64,000 nucleotides of DNA, taken from NCBI GenBank assembly GCA_965215195.1, contig CBDCDC010000002.1:3968001-4032000 (forward strand), written 5' to 3'. The notes below the pieces were generated by a model. The model searched no databases, had not been told where the DNA came from, and was given only the letters and a program-made list of their open reading frames with translations. Position 1 is the stretch's first letter; the number at the start of each line of letters is the position of its first letter. A program made the position numbers and the translations under genes. The stretch comes from Candidatus Latescibacterota bacterium (lineage in GTDB: Bacteria > Latescibacterota > UBA2968 > UBA8231). Positions 1 to 10,490 of this stretch are shown here, piece by piece.

Positions 1-2775
1 TGCGCGGTGCTCGCGCTGGTCGTTGAGCTGCCGCTGCAAGTGGCTGATGTTTTCCTGCAACTCGCGGTTTTGGGCATTGGCTGCGGCCCAGTGCTGGCGG
101 CGCTGGTCTTGCTCCGCGGCCAAGGTCTCGCGGCCTTGGTGTAGCCCTTTGAGCTCGTCGGCCAAGGCGCTGCTGTGCGCACGGCACTCGGCCTGTTGGC
201 GCTCGGCCTCGGCTCCTTCAGCCGCTAGGCGCTCGATGTTCTTGTGCAGGTTGGCGTCGATGTTTTTTAGGCGGCTGGCGTCTCGTTCTAGCCCTTGGAC
301 CATTTCGGCGGTGCGGGCGTGTTCTACTTGCAAGGTACCCAATGCTTCGCGCCGCTCGCGCCGGCGGGTTTCGCTCTGTTTGAGGTCCTCTTCCAAGGCG
401 CTGCTTTCCTCGCTGAGGCGGGTGCTTGCGGCCTCGTTGTGGCGCAGGTGCTCGGCTTGTTCGGCGATGCTTTGGTCGAGGGCTTGGCGGCGCTTGGCCA
501 AGCTAGTGCCTTCGCCGTGGAGTTGCTTTAGGCGTGCGACGAGCCGCGCGGCGTCAGCGCGGGCGCGCTGGTGCTGATGGACCTGCTCGCGCTCCTTGCC
601 GCGCCAAGTTTCGTTCTCGGCGGCTAGGTTCTCTAGGCGTTGGGTGAGGGCGTCGAGCTGGTCTGCGAGGGCGTTGAGCCGGGGGACCAAGGCTGCGTAG
701 CGGGCGTTTTGGTGGGCGACGAGCGAGCGCAGGGTGCGGATTTCCCGCCCGCGGCTGAGGACTCCCGAATCCTCGGCTTGGCTCTGGCCGCCCGACGCGA
801 GGCCAAACAGATCGACGGCGTCGCCATCGGGCGTAACACAGCGCACGTAGGCGCTCGGGTAGCGGCGCGTCAGGGCCAACGCGGTTTGCAGGTCGTCAAC
901 CAGAAAGGTGTTGTGCAAGAGGCCGGCGATCAGGGGGGCGATGGAGGCTTCGGCCCGCACGTAGTCCAGCAGTGGGCCGCGTAGCCCGGGCATGGGCGCC
1001 GGGTCCAAGACCGGGCCGAGGGTGCGCGGGGGGGCCTCTAGCGAGAGGATGCCGACGCGCCCGGACCGCTCCCGCAGATGGGCAATGCCCTTGAGCAGGC
1101 CGCTGTCCGAGTGGGCGATTAATGCTTGGAGCGCCTCGCCGAGGGCGACCTCGACCGCGCGGGCGCATTCTGCTTCGACGTCGACTAGGTCGCCGAGTAC
1201 GCCGCGGAAGAGGGCGGCGTGGGGCGATTCGAGCATCAAGGTGCGGACTCCGCTCTGATAGCCTTGGTAGCCGGCGCGGACTTTTTCGAGAACTTGGAGC
1301 CGCGCTTGGTTGGCCTCAGCGGCGCGCCGGGCGGCATCGCGTTGTTCGCCGAGGTCGCCGAGAACTTTTTCGGTTTGCTCGCGGGCGGCGCGGGCTGCGG
1401 TGCGCTGTTGCTGGCAGATAGATAGCTGCTGCCGAGTTTCCGCGAGGGTGGCTTCGGCCTCAGCGGCCGCTTGCAGGGCTTGGTCGTGCTCGGCCGCGGC
1501 CGTGGCCTCTTCGCCGCGCATGGCAACCGCGCGTTCGTCGAGCGCGTCGCGCTCGGCCTGTTGGCGTTCGAGCGTGCGGCTTATTTCGCCCCCTTGGCGC
1601 AGGTGTTCCATGCGCTCGCGCTGGCGGTGGTCCAGCTCGGCTCGGTAGCTGGCGTATTCCTCTTCGGCTTGGGCGGCGCGCTGCTGGTGAGCCTGCAATT
1701 CTCGCTCTATATGCACAAAGGCCGCACGTGCTTCGTCGTGGTGCGCGGCATTGTCGCGGCACTGCTGCTGCACAGCTTCGAGTTGGCTGCTGTAATCGGT
1801 GCGCTCGCGGGCCGTGCGGGCGCAGATTTGTTCGGCCGCCTCGCGCCGCTCGCGCACGGCCACGAGGCGCTGTTCTCGCTCGTGGATGGCCTCGATGCGG
1901 CGATTGAGTTCAAGGCCCGCTTCCTGCATGGCCTTCTCGGCCTCGGTCAGGGCGAGGCGCGCCTTTTCGAGATCGGCCTCGCGGCTGGTGAAGCGAGTAT
2001 AGCCTTCTTCGGTCGTTTTGCTGAGTGCGGCGAATTCGCTTTGCAGCGGGGCGATTTGGGCACTGAGGGCGAAGAAGCGCTGGCACCCCAAGCGCACGTC
2101 GAGCTGGTCCAGCTCCCCTTTGAGTTCGCGGTAGCGGCGGGCCCGGCCCACTTGGCGGCCGAGGCTGTCAACTTGGCGCTTGACCTCGGCGATGATGTCT
2201 TCAATCCGCTGTAGATCGGCTTGGGCGGCCTCTAGGCGGTTCTTTGTGGAGCGACGATTCACTTTGTACTTGGTGATGCCGGCGGCCTCTTCGAGGATGC
2301 GGCGGCGGTTCTCGGTCTTATCGCTGATGATTTCATCGACCATGCCCTGCTCCATCACCGCATAAGCGCCTTGGCCGAGGCCGGTATCCATGAGCAGGTT
2401 GGTGATGTCCAAGAGGCGGCAGGGGATCTTGTTGAGGAGATAATCGCTTTCGCCGGAGCGGAACAGACGCCGAGTCAGCACGACCTCGGCGAATTCGACG
2501 GGCAGTGCGTTGTCGCGGTTTTCAATCGCCAGCGCGACTTCGGCCATCCCGAGGGCCTTGCGCTGGCGGGTGCCGGCAAAGATCACGTCCTCCATGCGCT
2601 GGCTGCGGAAGGAGCCGGCGCGCTGTTCGCCCAAGACCCAGCGGATGGCCTCCACCACGTTGGACTTGCCGCAGCCGTTGGGACCGACGATGGCCGTAAT
2701 GCCCGGCTCAAAGGGAATGACGATCTTTTGGGCGAAGGACTTAAAACCGAAAATTTCGAGTTGATTGAGGCGCAC
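1..2775 (-). CDS. smc: Chromosome segregation protein SMC (3' end beyond window edge)
   Basis: Not in the ORF track. My translation from GTG at 2775 gives MRLNQLEIFGFKSFAQKIVIPFEPGITAIVGPNGCGKSNVVEAIRWVLGEQ (Walker A), followed by long coiled coils and a hinge region; frame is open to position 1. Confidence 0.95.
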   Translation of the reverse strand, partial: MRLNQLEIFGFKSFAQKIVIPFEPGITAIVGPNGCGKSNVVEAIRWVLGEQRAGSFRSQRMEDVIFAGTRQRKALGMAEVALAIENRDNALPVEFAEVVLTRRLFRSGESDYLLNKIPCRLLDITNLLMDTGLGQGAYAVMEQGMVDEIISDKTENRRRILEEAAGITKYKVNRRSTKNRLEAAQADLQRIEDIIAEVKRQVDSLGRQVGRARRYRELKGELDQLDVRLGCQRFFALSAQIAPLQSEFAALSKTTEEGYTRFTSREADLEKARLALTEAEKAMQEAGLELNRRIEAIHEREQRLVAVRERREAAEQICARTARERTDYSSQLEAVQQQCRDNAAHHDEARAAFVHIERELQAHQQRAAQAEEEYASYRAELDHRQRERMEHLRQGGEISRTLERQQAERDALDERAVAMRGEEATAAAEHDQALQAAAEAEATLAETRQQLSICQQQRTAARAAREQTEKVLGDLGEQRDAARRAAEANQARLQVLEKVRAGYQGYQSGVRTLMLESPHAALFRGVLGDLVDVEAECARAVEVALGEALQALIAHSDSGLLKGIAHLRERSGRVGILSLEAPPRTLGPVLDPAPMPGLRGPLLDYVRAEASIAPLIAGLLHNTFLVDDLQTALALTRRYPSAYVRCVTPDGDAVDLFGLASGGQSQAEDSGVLSRGREIRTLRSLVAHQNARYAALVPRLNALADQLDALTQRLENLAAENETWRGKEREQVHQHQRARADAARLVARLKQLHGEGTSLAKRRQALDQSIAEQAEHLRHNEAASTRLSEESSALEEDLKQSETRRRERREALGTLQVEHARTAEMVQGLERDASRLKNIDANLHKNIERLAAEGAEAERQQAECRAHSSALADELKGLHQGRETLAAEQDQRRQHWAAANAQNRELQENISHLQRQLNDQREHRA

Positions 2776-2881
2776 GGTCTAGCTCCTGCCGGGCGCTGGG
2801 GAGGGGCGCTCCGCTGGGGGAGAGGGTGAGGGGCGAGCGATGCTAGGGGAGCGAAAGACAGCTCAGGGAAAAGCCAGCCTT

Positions 2882-2911
2882 TAAGTACTCAAAAACGAGA
2901 AACCCTGTCAA
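2882..2911 (-). promoter_or_regulatory. Putative sigma70 promoter for smc
   Basis: Minus strand TTGACA-18 nt-TACTTA about 110 bp upstream of the smc start. Confidence 0.45.
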
Positions 2912-2925
2912 GACACCTGCCGCTA

Positions 2926-3414
2926 TCAGAAGTTGAGGGCCGAGTCATCGACCGCGGCTGGATCGTCTTCTTTGCCCATGGCAATGATGTGCTCGGCGGC
3001 GATCTCTTGGCGGCCCGCGTATCCAGCGTTCAGTTCGTGCCAATAGGCAACGCGGGGTTCGCCGCGCTGCCAGCACAACAGAACCCAGCGGCCTTGGTAG
3101 GTCGTGGGGAAGTCGAGGAGGCCGCGTTCGAGGCCACCGACCGGGAAGCGGATGCCGGCGGCGATAATTTCCTCGGCCACGATGCGCTTGATGTCGATGA
3201 TTAGGTCGTTGATGCGCTGGCGGTGCTGGTCGAAAGCATCGCGGTCGGGGTTGGTGCTGCGGGCGACCGCTTGCCCCCAGAGCGCGTCGAGAATTTGCAA
3301 CTGTTGGTGGTGGTGGCGGACGGCTCCCTTCTTGACCTCTAGGCGCTGGAGCGCGTCCTCTAGCTGAGGCAGTTTGGCGTTGGCCTCTTCAATGGTAAAT
3401 GCCTTGCGCGTCAT
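2926..3414 (-). CDS. DUF2203-family protein
   Basis: FTIEEANAKLP at the N-terminus and GLLDFP...LCWQRGEPRVAYWHELNAGYAGRQ motifs; start placed at MTRKAF. Confidence 0.8.
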   Translation of the reverse strand: MTRKAFTIEEANAKLPQLEDALQRLEVKKGAVRHHHQQLQILDALWGQAVARSTNPDRDAFDQHRQRINDLIIDIKRIVAEEIIAAGIRFPVGGLERGLLDFPTTYQGRWVLLCWQRGEPRVAYWHELNAGYAGRQEIAAEHIIAMGKEDDPAAVDDSALNF

Positions 3415-3573
3415 GGGACTTTGCCTTTTGTGCGGCAAAGTATAGGCATTGGCGGGCCGCGCTACAAGCCCTTGCGCTACCTTTGGCGATGCGTGATATT
3501 TAGCCCTGTTTTGCGAAGTGAAAGGGGTCGGCGCAGCCAGCCCCGTCTTTTTTGATCTAAGTACAAAGTTTAC

Positions 3574-3861
3574 ATGGCGGTTACTACAGAAGAGGTCCAC
3601 GGGGTCGCCGAGTTGGCGCGGTTGCGCTTTTCGCCCGCAGAGGAGGAAAGGCTGGCCGAGGAACTCAACCGCATCTTGCGCTACATGGACAAGCTCAACG
3701 AGCTAGACACTACCGGCGTGGAGCCAACGTCTCACGTGCTGCCCCTCGCCACCGCGTTGCGCCGCGACGAGGCAAGGCCCTTTCCCGCCGCGGCCGAGAT
3801 CGCCGCGGCGGCTCCGCAGCGCCAAGAGGATTACTTCAAGGTTCCGAGAATTATCGATTGA
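3574..3861 (+). CDS. gatC: Asp/Glu-tRNA amidotransferase subunit C
   Basis: 95 aa; VAELARL, LNELDTTGVEPTSH and YFKVPRII motifs. Confidence 0.95.
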   Translation: MAVTTEEVHGVAELARLRFSPAEEERLAEELNRILRYMDKLNELDTTGVEPTSHVLPLATALRRDEARPFPAAAEIAAAAPQRQEDYFKVPRIID

Positions 3862-3926
3862 ATGGAGAAGCGGAGGCAGGGCACTGTCGCCGCTTCTTTT
3901 TTGCGCAGCACGGAGGAGCGCGCAAC

Positions 3927-5714
3927 GTGGCCGGAGAATACAAAGGCCCCAAATACGTCGTCGTGACCGGCGGCGTGATAAGCGGCGTGGGCAAGGGCTT
4001 GACCACAGCTTCCATGGGCAAGATTCTGCAGCAATACGGATACAGCACCACGGCCGTCAAGATCGATCCGTACATCAACTACGACGCCGGCACCATGCGA
4101 CCCACCGAGCACGGCGAGGTGTGGGTGACGGACGACGGCGGCGAAATAGATCAGGATTTGGGCAATTACGAGCGCTTCTTGGGGTTGGATCTGCCGCGCT
4201 TCAACAACCTGACTACCGGGCAGATTTACCACACAGTCATTGAGCGCGAGCGCCGCGGAGAGTACCTCGGCGAGACCGTGCAGCCGATCCCCCACATTAC
4301 GGATGAGATCACCCGCCGCTTGCAGGCGGCGGGCGCGGGTTACGACATCGTGCTGGTCGAGATCGGCGGCATTGTCGGCGACTACGAGAACGAGCCGTTC
4401 CTCTTCGCCGTAAAGACCTTGGAGCGCGACTTGGGCAAGGAGCACTTTGCGCACGCCCTGATTACCTATCTTCCCATACCCCCGCACGTGGGCGAGATGA
4501 AGACCAAGCCCACCCAGCAGGCCATTCGCATGCTCAGCGAGCACGGCATCTTTCCCGACTTCATCGTCTGTCGCGCCGAGACGGCCACCGACGAGGTGCG
4601 CAAGAAAAAGATCCAGATCGGCGCCAACGTGCCCAACGACCACATCATTTCGGCCCCGGACTCGGAGACGATCTACAACATCCCGCTGGTTTTGGAAGAA
4701 GAGGGGCTCGGCGAGAAGATTCTCAGCCGGCTCGGCTGCGCCCCCAAGAAGACCCCGGACTGGCGGCCTTGGCGGGAATTAGTCAAGCGCAGCCGGCATC
4801 CGAGCCGGTGCGTCCGCGTGGCCATGGTCGGCAAATACGTGGCCACGGGCGATTTTCAGCTCGCGGATTCGTACATCTCGGTCAACCAATCGCTGATACA
4901 CGCTGGCGTGGCGTCGGATGCGCGAGTCGAGATCACTTGGATCGACGGCCATCGGTTTGAGCGCGGCGAAATGGACCTAACAGCACTCGGCGCATTCGAC
5001 GGCATTATCGTCCCCGGGGCTTTTGGCGCGGGCGGGGCCGAAGGAGTGATTGCGGCCATTCGCTACGCCCGCGAGCACGACATTCCCTATTTGGGCCTGT
5101 GCTACGGCTTACAGCTCGCCGTGGTCGAATACGCCCGCCATGTCGCCGGGATCGCCGAGGCCACTTCCGAAGAGTTCGACGCGGATTCCGAGTGGAAGGT
5201 CATCTGCGTCCAAGACGCGCAGAAGAGCGCACTAGAGCAAAAGCGCTACGGCGGCAGCATGCGCTTGGGCGCGTACGCCGCGGTGTTCAAAAACGACAGC
5301 CGCGTCCTCCAGCTCTACGAGGCGTCGGGCCGCCTCTGCGAAGACGCCCATCGCATCGAACAACTGCTGGCCAATCCCGAGCAGGCGTTCCGCGTTGGCT
5401 TGATCATGCTGGAGCGCGACAAAGTCGCCTTGGAGCGCCACCGCCATCGCTACGAGGTGTCGCCGCGCTTCGTCGAGCTACTCGAAGAGGAGGGGCTGGT
5501 CTTTTCGGGTTATCACCGCCGCGTAGATGGCACCCGCTTGATGGAATTTATCGAGTTGCCAGATCACCGCTTCTTCATCGCCACCCAAGCCCATCCCGAG
5601 TTCAAGTCGCGAATGGACAATCCCTCGCCCTTGTTTGCCGGGTTTGTCGAGGCCGCGCTGGCCTACCAGCAGGAGGTTGCAAGCCATGAGGAGAGGCAGG
5701 CGGCGGCCTCCTAG
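3927..5714 (+). CDS. pyrG: CTP synthase
   Basis: KYVVVTGGVISGVGKG, KIDPYIN, KTKPTQ, glutaminase GLCYGLQ, RHRHRYEV and QAHPEF; GTG start after GGAGGA. Confidence 0.95.
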   Translation: MAGEYKGPKYVVVTGGVISGVGKGLTTASMGKILQQYGYSTTAVKIDPYINYDAGTMRPTEHGEVWVTDDGGEIDQDLGNYERFLGLDLPRFNNLTTGQIYHTVIERERRGEYLGETVQPIPHITDEITRRLQAAGAGYDIVLVEIGGIVGDYENEPFLFAVKTLERDLGKEHFAHALITYLPIPPHVGEMKTKPTQQAIRMLSEHGIFPDFIVCRAETATDEVRKKKIQIGANVPNDHIISAPDSETIYNIPLVLEEEGLGEKILSRLGCAPKKTPDWRPWRELVKRSRHPSRCVRVAMVGKYVATGDFQLADSYISVNQSLIHAGVASDARVEITWIDGHRFERGEMDLTALGAFDGIIVPGAFGAGGAEGVIAAIRYAREHDIPYLGLCYGLQLAVVEYARHVAGIAEATSEEFDADSEWKVICVQDAQKSALEQKRYGGSMRLGAYAAVFKNDSRVLQLYEASGRLCEDAHRIEQLLANPEQAFRVGLIMLERDKVALERHRHRYEVSPRFVELLEEEGLVFSGYHRRVDGTRLMEFIELPDHRFFIATQAHPEFKSRMDNPSPLFAGFVEAALAYQQEVASHEERQAAAS

Positions 5715-5718
5715 TTCA

Positions 5719-7548
5719 GTGGGCTATACAATCGCCTCAGCGGGCCGCGCTTTCCCGAGGGGAGCGCGGCTTTTTCGCGCTGGTTGCTGCGGGGCCGTGC
5801 TCTGGGCCTGCGGCGCGGGCGAAGTGCCCGAAGAGCCGCTGCAGATCCCAGAGGTCGATGGAGAAGCATGGGACGCGCACATCGAGATGGGACGCCCCGG
5901 CCACCGCATCCAGCTACGCGCCGCTTATTTGCGCGAATTTTCCAAGTCCGAGCAAGTAGTAGCCACCGGCGGCGTAGAGGTCGCGTTCCGCTCCGATAAA
6001 GCCTCTTCGACGCTGCGGGCCGAGCGCTTGGTCCTAGAGCACAAGCGAGATCGCTTTGGCTTGGCCGGCGGCGTGGTTTTGTGCGCCGGGGACAGCCTAG
6101 AGGTGCAGGCCGACACCCTGTTGTGGGAAAACGCGCAAGAGCAGTTGCGCATTCCGGGCGCGTTGCGGGTGGAGGTCGGCGAGGGACGGGAGTGGGGCCG
6201 CAATCTCACGAGCAATTTCGCCGTGGATGCGTGGTCCTTGGAAGCCGTTGAGGGCCTCTGGCGCGGCCGGGACGGAGCAGTGGTGGAAGTGCGCGCCCAG
6301 CGCGAGGAAAGCCGCCGCGTTGAGGGCGCACAAGAGATCGCCTACGACAGCGTCGAGGTGCGCTACGACGGTGTGCGATTGACCGGGCCGCGCGCCACGT
6401 TCCTGCCGCAAGCGGGCCGCTTCGACATCAGCGGAGGGGTTGAAGGGGCCGACTCGCTGGCGCAGTTTGCGGCCGACGAGGTCGCAGTGGATGCGGAAAA
6501 GCAGCGGCTGGTAGCGCGGGGCGCGGTCCGCTACCGAGAAGAGGAGGCCGAGCTGCGGGCTGAAGAAGTAGAGGACGACCGCAACGCCGCGCTATTGCAG
6601 GCCCGAGGGGCGCCGGCGACCTTTGTGCAGGGCGAGCGGCAGATTGAGGCGCACCAGTTGGCGCATTCGCGCTCCGAGCGCACGCTGACGGCTCAGGGCG
6701 GGGTGGTCTTGCGCACCGGTAAGCGCGCGCTGACGGCCCAAACCCTCCGCTATAGGCGCGACGGCCAAGTCCATGCCGAGGGCGCGATTGCCCTACGGGC
6801 CCCCGAGTTGGATGGCTCGCTCGCTGGCGATTCGCTCTTTTTTGACTTGGAGCAGGAGACTGGATGGATGCGGGGTGCGCCCTCGCTGCGCCAGCACGAG
6901 CTCGTGCTCACCGCCCCGGTGCTGCGCTTCGATCTCGTGCGGGGCCGGTTGGCCGGAAGCGGCGGTTTTGCGCTGTACGCCGAAGAGCTGGAGGTCGCGG
7001 CCGCGCGCGGTGCATACGAAGCGGATTCAACGCGGGTGCTGGTGGCCGAGGGCGTGGTGCTAAAAGAGCAAGACAGCGAGCGCGACTACCGCAGCCAATT
7101 GATGGCCGATTCCATGGTCGTCGCACTGGCGGACAGCCAAGTTGAGTGGATCGCCATACCCGGCCACGTGAGCGGCCAAATTGAGGTAGGCGATCGCCAT
7201 AGCTGGATCGAGGGCCGGGGTGGGCAAGTCTTTATGGCCGCTGGGGACTTGGAGCGGGTCGAAGTGAGTGCCGCAGCCGACGTGACGCACCGCCGGGCTG
7301 GGAACGAAGAGATCAATCGCTTTCGCGGGCAGCAGATGACCCTGTACTTTGACGCGGCTGGATTGCGCCGGGCCTTGGTGAAAGGCGCAGCCGAGTTGGT
7401 CACGCGGCTCGAGGAGGGCGCAGAGGTCGCCGTCAACGAGGTCGGCGGCGAAGAGTTGGATATCCGCTTTGTCGAAGGGTCCCTGTCCGAGGTGCGGGTC
7501 GGGCCGGATATCAAAGGCCGGTACTATCCGCCCGCAGAAGAGCCGTAA
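5719..7548 (+). CDS. LptC/LptA(OstA)-like multi-beta-jellyroll LPS export protein (start uncertain)
   Basis: Repeated A-x-G-x-V beta-strand pattern, LptC-like ADTLLW segment, possible lipobox LWAC, directly upstream of lptB. Confidence 0.7.
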   Translation: MGYTIASAGRAFPRGARLFRAGCCGAVLWACGAGEVPEEPLQIPEVDGEAWDAHIEMGRPGHRIQLRAAYLREFSKSEQVVATGGVEVAFRSDKASSTLRAERLVLEHKRDRFGLAGGVVLCAGDSLEVQADTLLWENAQEQLRIPGALRVEVGEGREWGRNLTSNFAVDAWSLEAVEGLWRGRDGAVVEVRAQREESRRVEGAQEIAYDSVEVRYDGVRLTGPRATFLPQAGRFDISGGVEGADSLAQFAADEVAVDAEKQRLVARGAVRYREEEAELRAEEVEDDRNAALLQARGAPATFVQGERQIEAHQLAHSRSERTLTAQGGVVLRTGKRALTAQTLRYRRDGQVHAEGAIALRAPELDGSLAGDSLFFDLEQETGWMRGAPSLRQHELVLTAPVLRFDLVRGRLAGSGGFALYAEELEVAAARGAYEADSTRVLVAEGVVLKEQDSERDYRSQLMADSMVVALADSQVEWIAIPGHVSGQIEVGDRHSWIEGRGGQVFMAAGDLERVEVSAAADVTHRRAGNEEINRFRGQQMTLYFDAAGLRRALVKGAAELVTRLEEGAEVAVNEVGGEELDIRFVEGSLSEVRVGPDIKGRYYPPAEEP

Positions 7549-7549
7549 G

Positions 7550-8281
7550 GTGGCATTGGAAACGCACACATTGAGCAAGCGCTACGGAGGCCGGGCGGTC
7601 GTCGACGAGGTCAGCATCCGCGTCGAGAAAGGGGAGGTCGTCGGTCTGTTGGGGCCCAATGGTGCCGGCAAGACCACGACCTTTCACAGCATCGTCGGCT
7701 TTGCCGCACCGGACGGGGGCTGCATCTTGCTCGACGGGGCAGACATCACCGGGCTGCCGATGTATCGCCGTGCGCAGATGGGCATTGGCTATCTGCCGCA
7801 GGAGACGTCCATTTTTCGCAAGCTGAGCGTGGCCGACAACATCCGCGCAGTATTGGAGGCGCGCGGGCTCGACAGCGCACGCATCGCCGCGCGCCAACGG
7901 CAGCTACTGAGCGAGCTGGACTTGCTAGCGCGCGCCGATCAGCGCGCCGACACGCTTTCGGGCGGTGAGACGCGCCGGGTCGAGATCGCGCGGGCCTTGG
8001 CCTGCGAGCCTCACTACATGCTCCTCGACGAGCCTTTTGCCGGCATTGATCCGCGCACAGTAGAAGACATCCAGAACATCATCGCCGAACTAAGAGGCCG
8101 GGGCTTGGGCGTGCTGATTACCGATCACAACGTGCGCGAGACCTTGGAGATTGCCGAGCGCGCCTATATCCTAGTGGATGGCAAAATTTTAACCGCGGGC
8201 CCGGCCGAGGAGCTAATTGCCAACGAGCAGGTGCGGCGGCTCTATCTCGGCGAGCGCTTTAGTTGGCGGGCCGATAGGTAG
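7550..8281 (+). CDS. lptB: LPS export ABC transporter ATP-binding protein
   Basis: GLLGPNGAGKTTTF, GYLPQETSIFRKL, LLDEPFAGIDP, LITDHNVRETL, LYLGERF. Confidence 0.95.
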   Translation: MALETHTLSKRYGGRAVVDEVSIRVEKGEVVGLLGPNGAGKTTTFHSIVGFAAPDGGCILLDGADITGLPMYRRAQMGIGYLPQETSIFRKLSVADNIRAVLEARGLDSARIAARQRQLLSELDLLARADQRADTLSGGETRRVEIARALACEPHYMLLDEPFAGIDPRTVEDIQNIIAELRGRGLGVLITDHNVRETLEIAERAYILVDGKILTAGPAEELIANEQVRRLYLGERFSWRADR

Positions 8282-8384
8282 GTGCGCTTGCATCTTGACT
8301 TTTCTCGTTGCACGGGCTTGTTTGTACAGCTACTATCAGGCGGGATAATTTTAGTTAACTAATTAACTTACAACGATTTACTCA

Positions 8385-9851
8385 ATGCTTGGTCCCGAGC
8401 AAAATACCAGCGTACGCCTCCAGCAAAAGATGGCACCCCAGCTCATCCAATCGCTGCGGCTGTTGCAGATGTCGGCCCCGGATTTGGCGCAGGAGGTCAA
8501 GCATCAACTCTCACTCAACCCCTTACTTGAAGAGGTCGTTGAGTTGAGCGAAGAAGGGGAAGAGGAGTTGCGCGAGCGGGAGGAGGGGATCAAGGAGGAG
8601 GAAGAACTGCCCGAGGACATGGAGGAGGTCGATTGGGACGCGCTGTTGGGCGACCAGTTTGACGCGGGTGCGTACAACAGCGAGCGCACGGAATACGACC
8701 CCAATTGGGAGACCGACCGCGAGCCCCAAGAAAATCGCATCACCGCCATGCCGCCCCTCTTGGAGCACCTGTACAATCAGCTAGGTGAGATTGGCGATTT
8801 GGGGCCGGAAGAGCGCACCATCGCCGAGTACATCATCGGCAATATCGACGAGCGCGGTTACGTCGGCTGTTCGCTCGCCGAGATCGCCGACGACCTAGCG
8901 GTCAAAGTCGCGGACGTGGAAAAGGCGTTGCGCGTCATTCAGGCTTTTGACCCACCCGGGGTGGGCGCACGCGACTTGCGCGAGTGTCTGATGATCCAGT
9001 TGAGCCAGCGCGACGACCCGCTCAGCAAGCTGGGCTTGCAGGTGGTGCGCGACCACCTAGAGGCCCTGACGCGGCGGCGTCTGCGGCACATCACCCGCGC
9101 CTTGGGCATTTCCAACAAGAAGCTCAAAGAGGTTTTGCGGGTGATTGAGCGCTTACAGCCGCATCCGGGCCTGTCGGCGAGCAGCTACAACAAGCTCTTG
9201 ACGCTGGATACCGAGGTCGCGTACATCACGCCGGACTTGGTCGTTGAGCAGATTGGCGAGGAGTGGGTCGCGGCGCTGGCCGACGGGTCCATGCCGTCCT
9301 TAAAGATCAATTCTGAGTATCAGCATCTGCTCAACAACTCCCGTGGCAACACCAAGGACTCGGTCGAGGACTACGTGTCCAAGAATCTCAACGACGCCCG
9401 CTGGCTCATCAACGCCATCCACCAGCGCCGCACGACCATGCTCAAGGTGGCCAATTACCTGTTGCGGGCGCAGTTGCCCTTTTTCGAGGAGGGACCGGCG
9501 CGGTTGCGGCCCATGGTCTTGCAGGACGTGGCCAACGCCGTGGGGATGCACGTATCGACGATTAGCCGCGTCAGCAACGGCAAGTACATACAGACGCCGC
9601 ACGGGGTCTTTGAGCTGAAGTACTTTTTTGACAACAAGCTCATCACGGACGAGGGCGCAGACGTGTCCGTGCGCTCGGTAAAGGAGAAAATTTCCCAGCT
9701 CGTCGCCGACGAGGACAAGGCCCAGCCGCTTTCGGACCAACAGATCGCCGAGGAGCTAAGCAAGGGCGGGCTGAAAATTGCGCGGCGGACGATAGCCAAA
9801 TACCGCGGTCAGCTAAAAATCCCTTCGCAGCGCTACCGCAGGGAGCTGTAG
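8385..9851 (+). CDS. rpoN: RNA polymerase sigma-54 factor
   Basis: DPPGVGARDLRECL, HVSTISRV and the RpoN box ARRTIAKYR. Confidence 0.97.
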   Translation: MLGPEQNTSVRLQQKMAPQLIQSLRLLQMSAPDLAQEVKHQLSLNPLLEEVVELSEEGEEELREREEGIKEEEELPEDMEEVDWDALLGDQFDAGAYNSERTEYDPNWETDREPQENRITAMPPLLEHLYNQLGEIGDLGPEERTIAEYIIGNIDERGYVGCSLAEIADDLAVKVADVEKALRVIQAFDPPGVGARDLRECLMIQLSQRDDPLSKLGLQVVRDHLEALTRRRLRHITRALGISNKKLKEVLRVIERLQPHPGLSASSYNKLLTLDTEVAYITPDLVVEQIGEEWVAALADGSMPSLKINSEYQHLLNNSRGNTKDSVEDYVSKNLNDARWLINAIHQRRTTMLKVANYLLRAQLPFFEEGPARLRPMVLQDVANAVGMHVSTISRVSNGKYIQTPHGVFELKYFFDNKLITDEGADVSVRSVKEKISQLVADEDKAQPLSDQQIAEELSKGGLKIARRTIAKYRGQLKIPSQRYRREL

Positions 9852-9867
9852 CGAGGCGAACGAGAGG

Positions 9868-10115
9868 CTGACAGATACTCAGGCTACGGCTTGGGGGTTC
9901 CGTCGGGGAGCTAGGGGTACCCACAGCAGTCGCACTATCATGCTCGAAGAGTTGTCTCTGCTGCTAGATGCAGTTCGAGGTAATGCTAGCCGTGCGGACT
10001 ACACGGCTGCCGTAATGGAAGAAAACTGTCTGGGCAAGCGAACAACGGCAAACCGCAAACAACATCTGATCGAGCTCTACGCCCTCAATCCCCGAGTGAT
10101 TCTGTTTCGGATACT
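9868..10115 (+). pseudogene. N-terminal fragment of a BREX-associated (BrxA-like) protein
   Basis: In-frame GFRRGARGTHSSRTIMLEELSLLL...EENCLGKRT...ELYALNPRVILFRIL, then an abrupt switch to a different protein; family recalled from memory. Confidence 0.5.
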
Positions 10116-10490
10116 GAAAGACCGCTTGGCCGCAGCGCTGGAATTACAGAAACGACTCGACGCCATCCTCGCAGGCGAGCCACCCTTCGATCTTTTTATC
10201 CGCTGGAAGCCAATCGAGGAACAGCCCATCCGCTGGGAGCCGGACTCAACGACGGCGTGCGCCTCAATATCCGTCCCTTCATGGCCGAAGACCTCCCCCA
10301 AGGCAAGAAAGGTGCCGGCGTTCTCCGCTCCAAGCCGAGCATCCATTGGAAAAAGGACCCCGGCAAGGAACCAATGCGCGACAAGGAGCAGTTCCCTTGG
10401 TTTTGGAGCAACGGCAGCTCCACCGAAGAACGAGTCAACAACGTGCATTGGACCAAAGCAGAGAGACACGCAGCCCGGGACCGGGCGGAG
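10116..10490 (+). pseudogene. C-terminal fragment of a PglX-like DNA methyltransferase, frameshifted near 10245
   Basis: ALELQKRLDAILAGEPPFDLFIRWKPIEEQPIRWEPD / NDGVRLNIRPFM...GAGVLRSKPSIHWKKDPGKEP...RVNNVH; 1-nt loss between EPD and NDG. Confidence 0.6.

Noticed and set aside
23-2829. Many plus-strand ORFs in the ORF track
   Set aside because: Antisense shadows of smc, which the track missed because it runs off the window edge
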